Below, in pieces: positions 33,742 to 42,360 of a stretch of 64,000 bases of DNA (positions within the stretch are counted from its first letter, which is position 1; the number at the start of each line of letters is the position of its first letter). The stretch comes from Verrucomicrobiaceae bacterium (GTDB taxonomy: Bacteria > Verrucomicrobiota > Verrucomicrobiia > Verrucomicrobiales > V1-33): contig JAIXVE010000058.1 in assembly GCA_027483175.1 (NCBI GenBank), positions 7,710 through 71,709 of the forward strand. The letters run 5' to 3'. The notes under the pieces are model-generated. The model ran no database searches. It saw only the letters and a list, made by a program, of their open reading frames with translations, and was not told the DNA's origin. Made by a program: the position numbers and the translations under genes.

Positions 33742-36237
33742 ATGGCCGCGCCTGATGGGCTGGTGCGGGGGGATTTCGTGGCTGTGAATTCCGGGGGCGA
33801 GGGTGCAGATTGCTGGAGGGTATGCTTTGGGGTGAGAGTGCTGGGTTTGGCGATGTTATTTGGATCTGGCGTTGCGAGTGAGGTGCGGGCGGCGGGGGAG
33901 GGTGGTTTTGGGGAACGGGTGCGGCCGTTTTTTGAGGAGTACTGTCTGAGTTGTCATGACGATGAGACGCAGGAAGGGGAGGTGTCTCTTGAGAGTCTCG
34001 GCGAGGTTTCTGCGGAGAATGCGGGGCTGTGGAAGCGCATCTGGGAGCAGGTGGCGTTGAAGGAGATGCCGCCGAGGAAGAAGACGAAGCAGCCGGAATT
34101 GACGGAGCGTCTGGAGTTGTCGAATTGGATTACGGCGGGGCTTGAGGGCGCGATGAGGGAGAAGGGTGGGTTTACCGAGCACCTGCGGCCGGGCAAAGGG
34201 AATCATCTGGATCATGATCTGCTATTCAAAGCTGAGCTGAAGCATCTGGAACCGGCGTCGACGCCGGCGCGGATCTGGAGGATTCATCCGCAGGAACAGA
34301 TGGTCCGCTTGAACGATCTGATTTGTCTGAAGCGCAAATACGACCCGGAGCGCCAGGGCCTTTGGACGCACGGCGATCACATTCCGTCGAATCTTGAAGG
34401 GGAGACGAAGGTGTATTTCGGATTGGATGGGTATCTGGGGAGTTTCAATGACGCCTACAACTCTGGCGTCGGCGGGTTTCAGTCGCCCTTGGCGATGGTG
34501 AGGGATCACGGACTGCGCAACTATCCGTTTCTATACTCGGTCAACAGTGCGGAGTCGCTCCAGATTGCGGGGATTGCGGAGAAGGTTCTGAGGTTCATGG
34601 CGAATGGGCCGAGGGCGGAGCCCTATCAGTTTGCGGACGATATCGAGAAGGTGCCTGGAGATTATCGGAATCTGAATATCATTTTTTACAAGAATGGCAT
34701 CTTCCGGCCGCTGACTCCGTTGTATGAACTGATGCAGACGCCCGGGGTCAGTGATGAACGCCTGACGGAGGTGATCCGTTTTCTGTTTGAGTCGCTGACG
34801 CTGCGACCGCCGAGTGCGGGGGAGACAGGGACTTACCTTGAGATCGTGAAGCGATCGATCAGTGAGCTTGGCAAAGAGGAAGGGGTTTTCCTTGGTCTGG
34901 TGCCGATTTTTCTGGATCGCGATGCGCTGTTCCGGCCTGAGCTTTGTGAGGGCGGGAAGCCTGACGAGCATGGTCGCGTGATGCTGCAGGGCGATGAACT
35001 GGCGCTGGCGATCAATGCTGCATTCTGCTACATCCGGCCGGAGGGTGATCACCTGCGCACGGCGCTTGCCGAGGGGCGGCTTACGACTCTCGAGGATGTG
35101 CGGCGTGAGGTGGTTCGAATCCTTGACGACGAGAGCATCCGGAAGCCGCGGATTCTACAGTTTTTCCGCGAGTATTTCGACTACGACCGTGCGGCGACGA
35201 TCTGCAAGACGAGAGAATCGATCGAGGGCAATGGGGCGCATTACGAGTCGCACCCGGCGGTGATCAACAGCATGATTGCGAATACGGATGGGCTGATTGA
35301 GTTGATTCTGCGCGAGGACAAGGATGTGCTGAAGGAATTGCTGACGACGGATCGCGTGATCTATCAGCCGTACACGTCGGTGCGGCTGCAGCGAGGGATG
35401 ACGACGGACATTGCCTACTTCATCAACCGGGGGAAAGCGTTCGTGCCTGTGAGGGTTTACGACAAGGCGCTTGTCGCGAAGGGGGATGAGGAGCGGGTGC
35501 AGCACGAAGTCACCAATGGGAATCAGCTGAACCACATTCTGCCGAATCCGGCCCGACCGATTTATGTGAGGCAGTCGCAGTTTGATAACGGGATTTTCCC
35601 GCCTGCGAAGGATGCGCTCAAGGCGATCACGACGGTGGATAGGAAGGAGAGAGTCGGGATTCTGACGCACCCGGTGTGGCTGGTGGCGCACTCGGACGCG
35701 ATGGAGAATCACGCGATTTCGCGGGGTCGGTGGGTTCGGGAGCGATTGCTTGGCGATGCGGTGCCTGACATTCCGATTACGGTGGATGCGAGGTTGCCGG
35801 ATGAACCGGATGCGACGCTACGGCACCGGATGCGGGTGACCCGGGAAAGCGAATGCTGGCGCTGTCACCAGAAGATGGATCCTCTGGGGCTGCCGTTTGA
35901 GATGTACAATCATCTGGGGATGCTGAGGGATCAGGATCACGGCAAGCCTGCGGACACGAGCGGCGAGATCGTTCTGAGCGGGGAACCGGCGTTGGATGGG
36001 CCGGTGAAGGATCCGTTGGAGATGATCTACAGGCTGGCTAACAGCGAGCGGGTGCAGCAGGTTTTTGTCCGGCATGCGTTCCGATTCTGGATGGGGCGCA
36101 ATGAAACGGTCAACGATGCGCCGATTATCCAGGCGGCGTGGAGGGCGTATCGGGATAATAACGGGAGTATGAAGGCGCTGTTGACGTCGTTGATGGCGTC
36201 GGATGCTTTTCTTTGGAGACGGGTGGGGGGAAAGTGA
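33742..36237 (+). CDS. DUF1592/DUF1588/DUF1585-type heme-binding (CxxCH) secreted protein
   Basis: An N-terminal CLSCHDDETQEGEVSLESL cytochrome-c-like motif follows a signal-like segment. The C-terminal region HPVWLVAHSDAMENHAISRGRWVRERLLG...CWRCHQKMDPLGLPFEMYNHLG is typical of this PVC-group family. The start is uncertain (33742 chosen; 33601-33853 possible). The stop lies inside a GTGAGAA array. Confidence 0.8.
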   Translation: MAAPDGLVRGDFVAVNSGGEGADCWRVCFGVRVLGLAMLFGSGVASEVRAAGEGGFGERVRPFFEEYCLSCHDDETQEGEVSLESLGEVSAENAGLWKRIWEQVALKEMPPRKKTKQPELTERLELSNWITAGLEGAMREKGGFTEHLRPGKGNHLDHDLLFKAELKHLEPASTPARIWRIHPQEQMVRLNDLICLKRKYDPERQGLWTHGDHIPSNLEGETKVYFGLDGYLGSFNDAYNSGVGGFQSPLAMVRDHGLRNYPFLYSVNSAESLQIAGIAEKVLRFMANGPRAEPYQFADDIEKVPGDYRNLNIIFYKNGIFRPLTPLYELMQTPGVSDERLTEVIRFLFESLTLRPPSAGETGTYLEIVKRSISELGKEEGVFLGLVPIFLDRDALFRPELCEGGKPDEHGRVMLQGDELALAINAAFCYIRPEGDHLRTALAEGRLTTLEDVRREVVRILDDESIRKPRILQFFREYFDYDRAATICKTRESIEGNGAHYESHPAVINSMIANTDGLIELILREDKDVLKELLTTDRVIYQPYTSVRLQRGMTTDIAYFINRGKAFVPVRVYDKALVAKGDEERVQHEVTNGNQLNHILPNPARPIYVRQSQFDNGIFPPAKDALKAITTVDRKERVGILTHPVWLVAHSDAMENHAISRGRWVRERLLGDAVPDIPITVDARLPDEPDATLRHRMRVTRESECWRCHQKMDPLGLPFEMYNHLGMLRDQDHGKPADTSGEIVLSGEPALDGPVKDPLEMIYRLANSERVQQVFVRHAFRFWMGRNETVNDAPIIQAAWRAYRDNNGSMKALLTSLMASDAFLWRRVGGK

Positions 36238-36261
36238 GAAGTGAGAAGTGAGAAGTTAGAA
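36234..36261 (+). repeat. heptamer array (GTGAGAA x3 + GTTAGAA)
   Basis: Four tandem 7-mers. TGA at 36235, 36242 and 36249 plus TAG at 36257 cover all three frames. The array contains the stop codon (36235-36237) of the upstream gene. A degenerate second copy (GAAGTGGGAAGTGAGAT) lies near 36284-36300. Confidence 0.95.
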
Positions 36262-36443
36262 AGGCTTGTTGGGAGAGGGTGCGGCGGGGAAGTGGGAAGT
36301 GAGATGGGGCGGGTTCGGAGGGGGAAGTGGGGAGGTGGCGGGAAGGATGACGGGATGAGCGGGTTGGGGTTCGGGAGATCTGATGGTTGTTTTCGGTTGA
36401 AGGGGGATGGGGCGAGGGGTTTCTTGTGGGTCAGAATGATCCG

Positions 36444-37262
36444 ATGAGTGCGAAAATCAGAAAGCTTCCCTTGGCAGGAACGGTGACCAGTGTTCCGATT
36501 GTGGGTCAATTGCGAGCGTACACCGTGTCGCTGACGGGGAGTTCGATGTTCTGGGTTTATGATTTTCTGACGGAAGGAAGGGTTTGCGACCGGAGCCTGT
36601 TTTCTCCTAAGCGATGGAAGAAGTTTTTCTATTATGACAGTGCCGGTTTTCCGGCCGATTGGGTGGATGAGGTGCAGATTGAATTGTCTGGTGCGGAGAG
36701 AAAAAGGCCGCCGACTTGGAAGAAGTGTTTTGACTCGCAGGTCGCGAATAAGGAGGTGCCCGCACCCTACCGGGTGACGACGTACGACTACGTGGAGTTT
36801 TACGTGGAGGAAGATCAGCTTCCGCAGTACCATGAATTTGTCTGGTTCAAGCACAAGGAACTGGTGGCGTATGTGAAGGCGAATTTGGGGCAATTTGAGA
36901 TCATCACGCCGAGGGAGGATCAGTTGGCTTCGCCGGTGGAGGCGCTGCCGGAGGTGGCGGTGTTCACGCGGGGGTGTGTTTATGAGATCTGGTTGTCGGG
37001 GTTAGAGCGGATGGAGTTGACCGAGGTGGAGGAGATTGGGGAGGAGATTGATGAGGAGCTTCAGGAGCACGAGGCGGGGGAAGTGATTGGGGTTGGCGGC
37101 ACGGATGAGGATCATCATAACATTGCGGTGCAGTGTGAGCCGGGGATGAACAAGAAGGCGCTGGGGTGCATTCGGACGGTGCTGAAGCGGTTGAAGGCGA
37201 ATCCTGAGACGACGGATATCTGGGTGCAGGGGGAGTCGGAGAAGAATTTAGGTTTGAGGTGA
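36444..37262 (+). CDS. hypothetical protein (no recognisable family) in a repeat-flanked, lower-GC segment
   Basis: About 272 aa from the internal ATG 36444 (MSAKIRKLPLAGTV...). The C-terminal third is acidic (EVEEIGEEIDEELQEHEAGE). It is flanked by GTGAGAA arrays at 36234 and 37276. Confidence 0.5.
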   Translation: MSAKIRKLPLAGTVTSVPIVGQLRAYTVSLTGSSMFWVYDFLTEGRVCDRSLFSPKRWKKFFYYDSAGFPADWVDEVQIELSGAERKRPPTWKKCFDSQVANKEVPAPYRVTTYDYVEFYVEEDQLPQYHEFVWFKHKELVAYVKANLGQFEIITPREDQLASPVEALPEVAVFTRGCVYEIWLSGLERMELTEVEEIGEEIDEELQEHEAGEVIGVGGTDEDHHNIAVQCEPGMNKKALGCIRTVLKRLKANPETTDIWVQGESEKNLGLR

Positions 37263-37275
37263 GGGGGTGGGGGAA

Positions 37276-37296
37276 GTGAGAAGTGAGAAGTGAGAA
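37276..37296 (+). repeat. heptamer array (GTGAGAA x3)
   Basis: Three perfect tandem 7-mers starting 14 nt after the stop codon at 37260-37262. Confidence 0.95.
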
Positions 37297-37500
37297 TGGC
37301 GTGTGGGGAGAGGCGCGAGTTCGGATGTGGGGCGTGGTGTTTCCCGCGGCGATGCCCCGGGAGAGGGTAGGGCGCCCTTTCAGGGCTTGGTGTGTGGTGG
37401 GTGAGACCCCGGGCGCTGCCCTGGGCTGCGTTAGGGCGCGCCGTTGGCGCTGGGGTGCCGGGCTTGGACGGAGAGAGGGCGCGAAGGGTGGTGGGGGCGA
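37297..37500 (+). repeat. GC-rich intergenic repeat module (truncated A-type head plus a second hairpin-rich module)
   Basis: It begins GGCGTGTGGGGAGAGGCGCGAGT, the same head as the copies at 14441, 37801 and 50785, and then diverges. Small triloop hairpins are GCCCT-TTC-AGGGC and GCGCC-GTT-GGCGC. Confidence 0.7.
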
Positions 37501-37528
37501 AATTGGAAATGGTAGATAGTGAATAGTA
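37501..37528 (+). repeat. heptamer array (AATTGGA AATGGTA GATAGTG AATAGTA)
   Basis: Four tandem, cytosine-free 7-mers of the AATAGTA class. Here they sit between two GC-rich modules rather than at a gene end. Confidence 0.85.
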
Positions 37529-37550
37529 AAATGCTGGATGGTGAAGGAGG

Positions 37551-38060
37551 GCGTTTGGGGAGAGCGCGAGTACAGAGTCTCGCGTGCCCGGGCTTGTTGG
37601 GAGGGCTGGCAGGCGCACTCCGTGTGTGGAGGGAGTGCGATTCCAGCGGCAGGCCAGGGCCTGCGGTTGCTGGTTTGGAGAGGGGCCGGCATCCCTCCGG
37701 GATGCGATGTTATTTGGTGTGTTTTCCGGTGGTCATCGCTCGTGGCCTCGCTCGACCACCGGCTACAAGCCGGCATCCCTACGGGATGCGAGGGGAGTGG
37801 GGCGTGTTGGGAGAGGCGCGAGTACATAGCCTCGCGTGCCCGGGCTTGTTGGGAGGGCTGGCAGGCGCACTTCGTTAGCGGAGGGAGTTGCGATTCCAAC
37901 GGCAGGCCAGGGCCTGCGGCTGCTGGCTCGGAGGGGGGCTTGAACGGAGAGGGGCCGGCACCCCTCCAGGGTGCGATGTTATTGGTTTGTTATCCGGTGG
38001 TCATCGCTCGTGGCCTCGCTCGACCATCTACAAGCCGACATCCCTCCGGGATGCGAACGG
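37551..38060 (+). repeat. tandem duplication of a ~250-bp composite hairpin-rich repeat unit
   Basis: Unit 1 spans 37551-37800 and unit 2 spans 37801-38060, and they align along their length. Unit 1 hairpins are CGCGAG-N8-CTCGCG (37565-37584), CGCACTCC-N10-GGAGTGCG (37614-37639), GCATCCC-TCC-GGGATGC (37689-37705), CCGGTGGTC-N19-GACCACCGG (37726-37762) and GCATCCC-TAC-GGGATGC (37773-37789). Confidence 0.9.
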
Positions 38061-38138
38061 AGTGAGCGTGTTCGGAGAGAGGGCGAGTGGGGAAGGAAAT
38101 TGGTGGCGGGGGGTGGGGTGGGGGGCGTAGGTTGTGGG

Positions 38139-39215
38139 ATGAGTATGTTGACCCGGATTCGGTTGAAGCGTCGGCGGTTGCTGAAGTGGCTTGGGGGGAC
38201 GGCGTTGGGTGGAGGGGTGATGGTGGTGGGGAGGGATGAGTGGTTGAGTGCTGGGCCTGGGTGGAAGGGGCCGGTGAGTGATCATTTTGACGGGCGGGTG
38301 TTTTTCAATCCGTGGGGGGCGTCGAAGAAATCGGGCGTGGATTTGTGGAAGTGGCGGTTTACGAGGAAGCCGGTGGCGTGGCCTTCGGAGGGTGGAGGGT
38401 TGGAGGAACCGGCGTTGGGGGCGGTGGTGGGGAGTGGGGGAGCGGCGGTGACGCTGGTGGGGCATGCGACGTGGCTGATTCAGGTGGGCGGGATGAATAT
38501 TCTGACGGATCCGGTGTGGTCGGAGCGGTGCAGTCCGGTGAGTTGGGCTGGGCCGAAGCGGGTGAGGCGACCGGCGATTGTGTTTGAGTCGCTGCCGAAG
38601 ATTGATGTGGTGTTGTTATCGCACAATCATTATGACCACCTTGATGTGGGGACGTTGAGGCGATTGCAGGAGCGGTGGATGCCGCGGGTGGTGACGGGGT
38701 TGGGGAATCGGGCGTTTCTGGAGGGGAAGGGGATGCCTGGGGCGGTGGAATTGGATTGGTGGGAGCGGCGGGAGGTTGGTGGGTTGGGGGTGACGTTCAC
38801 GCCGGCGCAGCATTGGTCGAATCGCGGGGGGAATGGGATGAATGCGACCTTGTGGGGCGGGTTTGTGGTGGAGGCTGGGGGGATGCGGATTTATTTTGCG
38901 GGGGACACGGGTTATGCGCCGTTTTTCGGGACGATTCGGGAGCGATGCGGGGCACCGGATCTGGCGTTGCTGCCGATCGGGGCGTATGAGCCGCGGTGGT
39001 TCATGGCGACGATGCACATGAATCCGGAGGAGGCGGTGCGGGCGCACGGGGAGCTGGGGGCGAAGCGGTCGTTAGGGATGCATTACGGGACGTGGCAGCT
39101 GACAGATGAGGGGATGGAGCAGCCGGTGACGGATCTGGCGGCGGCGCGTGCGGCGGCTGGGTTGAGCGAGGATGGGTTCGGGGCGGGGGTGTTCGGGCGG
39201 ACGGTGGTGGTGTGA
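38139..39215 (+). CDS. MBL-fold metallo-hydrolase (NAPE-PLD-like)
   Basis: The start is at ATG 38139 (MSMLTRIRLKRRRLLKWLGGTALGG, a Tat-like signal). Supporting segments are VTLVGHATWLIQVGGMNILTDPVW and the metal motif LLSHNHYDHLD. The upstream part of the track ORF reads through the repeat block and is rejected. Confidence 0.8.
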   Translation: MSMLTRIRLKRRRLLKWLGGTALGGGVMVVGRDEWLSAGPGWKGPVSDHFDGRVFFNPWGASKKSGVDLWKWRFTRKPVAWPSEGGGLEEPALGAVVGSGGAAVTLVGHATWLIQVGGMNILTDPVWSERCSPVSWAGPKRVRRPAIVFESLPKIDVVLLSHNHYDHLDVGTLRRLQERWMPRVVTGLGNRAFLEGKGMPGAVELDWWERREVGGLGVTFTPAQHWSNRGGNGMNATLWGGFVVEAGGMRIYFAGDTGYAPFFGTIRERCGAPDLALLPIGAYEPRWFMATMHMNPEEAVRAHGELGAKRSLGMHYGTWQLTDEGMEQPVTDLAAARAAAGLSEDGFGAGVFGRTVVV

Positions 39216-39233
39216 AGAAAATGGTATCCTGAG

Positions 39234-40583
39234 GTGGGCGGGATGGGATATGGGAAGGGGATGAAGCGAGCGGCAGTGACGATGATGGTGCTGGGGATGG
39301 CTAGTGCGACGGCACTGGGCGGGGGGATTTACTGGACGAATCGCGGGGCTGGGCTGGTGGAGCGGGCGCGGTATGACGGGGTGGGTCGGGCGACGGTGCG
39401 GTCGAGTGCGGGGACGAACGTGCGGGGGCTGGCGCTGGAGCTGGGGAGCGGGAGGATTTACTATGCGGACAACGGGGCGGATTTGTTATACCGGATGAAT
39501 CTGGACGGGAGTGACCGGGTGACGGTGCTGTCGGTGGGGCCGAGTGCGTTTCCGGCGGATGTGCGGGTGGATGCGGCGGCGGGGCATTTGTATTATTGTG
39601 ACCAGCAGAAGGCGCATTTGAGGCGGGTGGGGCTGGATGGGAGCAATCCGGTGGTGCTGGTGAGCGATGCGGTGTCGCAGCCGTATTATCTGGATCTGGA
39701 TGGTGTGGGGCGGAAAATTTACTGGGGTGATTTTGACGGGGTTTCGGCGAATACGGGGAATGTGTTCCGGATGAATTATGATGGGAGCGGGCGGGAGACG
39801 GTGGTGACGGGGAATCTGGAGACGCGCGGGGTTTGTGTGGATGCGGCTGGGGGGTGGTTGTACTGGGTGAATCGGAATGCGGGGAAAGTGATGCGGTGTC
39901 GGTTGGTGGACTTGCCGGTGAGTGCGCTGGACGGGACGAAGGTGCAGACCCTTTATGGGAATCTGGATACCCCGCATGGACTGACCCTGGATGTGCCGGC
40001 GGGTCGGGTTTACTGGGTGGACACGGGGACGAACGGGTTTCCGGGGACGGTGGGGGACCAGGGGGTGAGTCGCGGGCGGATGGACGGGAGCGGGGCGCAC
40101 GAAGTGCTGGTTGCGCTAGGGAGCGAGCCGTGGGATGTGGAGGTGGATCCGAGGGTGGCGAGCTATGCGGAATGGGTGGCGCGGTTTTTCGAAGTGGGTG
40201 CCGGGGTGGCGAGTGAGCCGGGGTCGGATGCGGACGGGGATGGGGTGGTGAATGTGCTGGAGTGTGCGTTAGGCGGGCATCCTCAGGTGGCGGATGCGGG
40301 GAGAGTGCTGCCGGTGGCGTTGCGGCATGTGGAGGGTGGGGAGGAGTATGTGGCGGTGGAGTTTGTGAGGCGGGGCGGGGTGGCGGGGATGGCGGTGGTG
40401 GTGCAGTGGCGGAATGGGGATGGCGCGTGGGTGGATCTGGGAGCGGAGGGCGCGCCGGGGGTGACGACGGTGTCGGTGACGCCGCTGGCGGAGAACCTTG
40501 AGCGCGTGAGGGTGCGGTCGCCGCTGAGTGTGAGCGCGAGCGGGCGGCAGCAACTGCGGGTGGCGGTGCGGCTGGGGCTGTGA
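39234..40583 (+). CDS. secreted YWTD (LDL-receptor class B-like) six-bladed beta-propeller protein with C-terminal extension
   Basis: There are six repeats of the type G.IYW(T/A/V)(N/D)....i.r..lDGs....v: GGIYWTNRG, GRIYYADNG, GHLYYCDQQ, RKIYWGDFD, GWLYWVNRN and GRVYWVDTG. A signal peptide is present. The C-terminal DADGDGVVN segment is calcium-binding-like. Confidence 0.75.
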   Translation: MGGMGYGKGMKRAAVTMMVLGMASATALGGGIYWTNRGAGLVERARYDGVGRATVRSSAGTNVRGLALELGSGRIYYADNGADLLYRMNLDGSDRVTVLSVGPSAFPADVRVDAAAGHLYYCDQQKAHLRRVGLDGSNPVVLVSDAVSQPYYLDLDGVGRKIYWGDFDGVSANTGNVFRMNYDGSGRETVVTGNLETRGVCVDAAGGWLYWVNRNAGKVMRCRLVDLPVSALDGTKVQTLYGNLDTPHGLTLDVPAGRVYWVDTGTNGFPGTVGDQGVSRGRMDGSGAHEVLVALGSEPWDVEVDPRVASYAEWVARFFEVGAGVASEPGSDADGDGVVNVLECALGGHPQVADAGRVLPVALRHVEGGEEYVAVEFVRRGGVAGMAVVVQWRNGDGAWVDLGAEGAPGVTTVSVTPLAENLERVRVRSPLSVSASGRQQLRVAVRLGL

Positions 40584-40602
40584 GCCGGGAGCGGGCGATC
40601 GG

Positions 40603-41616
40603 TTAGCGAGCGCGGCAGCCGTCGAGGAGCGAGTCGAGGTATTCCGTGATGTTGCCGAGGGCGATGGAGTAATCGTTGGCTGGGAGGATGGCGAGTGCGG
40701 AGCGGGCGTCGACGAGCATCTGGCGGCCGGTGGAGACGGCGCGGGTGACGGCACCGGCGTAGTTGGCGATGCCGGCGAGGACGGAGAGGTCGATGGGTTC
40801 CTGGCGGAGGATGAGCGTGTTGAGCTGGCTGCGCTGGGAGTCGGTGGCGTCCTCCATGAGATAGAGGATGGGGAGCGTGAGTTTGCCTTTCACGAGGTCG
40901 GTGCCGAGGGTTTTGCCGGCTTCTTTTTCGGAGCCGCAGAGGTCGAGGCAGTCGTCGTAGACCTGATAGGCGGTGCCGAGGAGTTCGCCGTAGCGACGCA
41001 TGCTGTCCTGGACGGGGATGCTGGCACCGCTGAGCCATGCGGAGAGTTCGGTGGCGGCCGAGAAGAGGGCGGCCGTTTTCATGCGGATGATGCGGAAGTA
41101 TTCCGGGATGGTGAGACCGAGGTCGAAGCGGCGCTGGGTCTGGAGGATTTCGCCGGAGCAGACCTCGTTGGAGGCGCGGGAGATTTTGCGGCTGATGTGG
41201 GTGCTGTCGAAGCTGGCGGCGAGTTCGAGGGCGTGGGCGAAGAGGCAATCGCCGAGGAGGACGGAGAGGGCGTTGCCCCAGCGGGCGGCGGCGGTGGGGG
41301 CGGCGCGGCGCATTTCGGCACCGTCCATGATGTCGTCGTGGACGAGGGTGGCGAGGTGGATGAGTTCGAGGACGATGCCGAGCTTGGCGTGATCGGCGTC
41401 TGGGGAGCTGCAGGCCCCGCCGGCGAGGAGGGCGAGGGCTGGGCGGATGCGTTTGCCGCTTGAGCCGAGGACGGTGGTGACGTAGCCTTCGACGGCTGGG
41501 TCGAAGGAGCGCGCCTGGAGCCGGATTTGTTCTTCCACGTCGACGAGGTGGTCGGCGATGAGGTGGAAGGGGAAGCGGAGGGCGGTGGCGGCGGGGGACT
41601 TTGTGAAATTTTTCAC
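40603..41616 (-). CDS. ispB: polyprenyl diphosphate synthase (IspB-like)
   Basis: It carries the two Asp-rich motifs LVHDDIMD and YQVYDDCLDL, plus GKRIRP. The start is uncertain. GTG 41616 or TTG 41619 gives a typical N-terminal length. The track start at 41685 adds 23 atypical residues. Confidence 0.85.
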   Translation of the reverse strand: MKNFTKSPAATALRFPFHLIADHLVDVEEQIRLQARSFDPAVEGYVTTVLGSSGKRIRPALALLAGGACSSPDADHAKLGIVLELIHLATLVHDDIMDGAEMRRAAPTAAARWGNALSVLLGDCLFAHALELAASFDSTHISRKISRASNEVCSGEILQTQRRFDLGLTIPEYFRIIRMKTAALFSAATELSAWLSGASIPVQDSMRRYGELLGTAYQVYDDCLDLCGSEKEAGKTLGTDLVKGKLTLPILYLMEDATDSQRSQLNTLILRQEPIDLSVLAGIANYAGAVTRAVSTGRQMLVDARSALAILPANDYSIALGNITEYLDSLLDGCRAR

Positions 41617-41618
41617 AA
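41601..41618. promoter_or_regulatory. perfect CRP/FNR-type palindrome TTGTGAAA-TT-TTTCACAA (core TGTGA-N6-TCACA)
   Basis: Read directly at 41601-41618. The arms TTGTGAAA and TTTCACAA are exact reverse complements. The site overlaps the candidate ispB start codons and faces the divergent Lon-N gene. Confidence 0.35.
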
Positions 41619-41781
41619 GCGATGTGTAGTTGGGTGAAAGGTGGGTGTCAACGAGGGGGTTGCAGGGAGGATACGTCTGCGGCAAGACGTGGGACGTGAT
41701 TGGGCATCCGCGGGGAGGCTGGGGAGCGTTTCCTGATCTGCCTTGTTACCGTATTTTCCTGTGGTGAGCCTTCCTGAAGTT

Positions 41782-42351
41782 ATGCCTGTGATGGTGTTAT
41801 CCCGCTGCAATCTGATGCCGCACGGGATGCTGCCGCTGTTTATATTTGAGCCGCGGTATCGGGCGATGCTGGATCATGCGCTGAAGTGCGACCGGATGTT
41901 TGCGCTGGGGTTTGTGCGTGGGGATCGGGAGAGTGACGAGACGATTGACGAGTACAGCACGGCTGGATTGGTGAGGGCGTGTGTGCGGCACGGGGATGGG
42001 ACGGCGCATCTGGTTTTGCAGGGGGTGAAGAGGATTCGGCTGGGGGCGTGGGAGCAGCGGGAGCCGTTTCGGATTGCGTCGGTGAGTGCGGTGGAGACGA
42101 CCTTGTGCAGGGAGGGGGAGATTGTGGAATTGAGTGCTGGGTTGATTGAGCGGGCGACGGGAGTGTTGCGGCGGGGCGGGGCTGGGGAGATGGCGGATCG
42201 GATTGCGGGGATTGAGAATCCGGAGATTCTGGCGGATTTTGTGGCGGCGAATTTTGTGTCGGAGCCGGACCAGCGGCAGCCATTGCTGGGGATGGCATCA
42301 TTGGAGGATCGGTTGCGGTACTTGCTGGAACTGCTGCCGGAAGGGGAGTAG
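41782..42351 (+). CDS. LON substrate-binding (Lon N-terminal) domain protein
   Basis: The MPVMVLSRCNLMPHGMLPLFIFEPRYRAMLDHAL pattern (L.PG..LPL.IFEPRY) is typical of stand-alone Lon-N / PUA-like domain proteins. The start is set at the internal ATG 41782. Confidence 0.8.
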   Translation: MPVMVLSRCNLMPHGMLPLFIFEPRYRAMLDHALKCDRMFALGFVRGDRESDETIDEYSTAGLVRACVRHGDGTAHLVLQGVKRIRLGAWEQREPFRIASVSAVETTLCREGEIVELSAGLIERATGVLRRGGAGEMADRIAGIENPEILADFVAANFVSEPDQRQPLLGMASLEDRLRYLLELLPEGE

Positions 42352-42360
42352 AGGGCGGGC

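Noticed and set aside
37551-38060. Possible CRISPR array or other spaced-repeat locus. The heptamer arrays were considered in the same way.
   Set aside because: There are only two units of about 250 bp, directly abutting with no unique spacers. The heptamer arrays have a 7-nt period with no spacers. No cas genes are present in the window.
37283-38138. ORFs reading through the 37.3-38.1 kb repeat block (37283-37519, 37519-37878, 37538-38065, 37584-37829, 37888-38130), plus the N-terminal 56 codons of the 37971-39215 track ORF.
   Set aside because: Mutually overlapping frames translate tandem repeat units. The MBL hydrolase has a convincing Tat-type start at 38139, downstream of the repeats.
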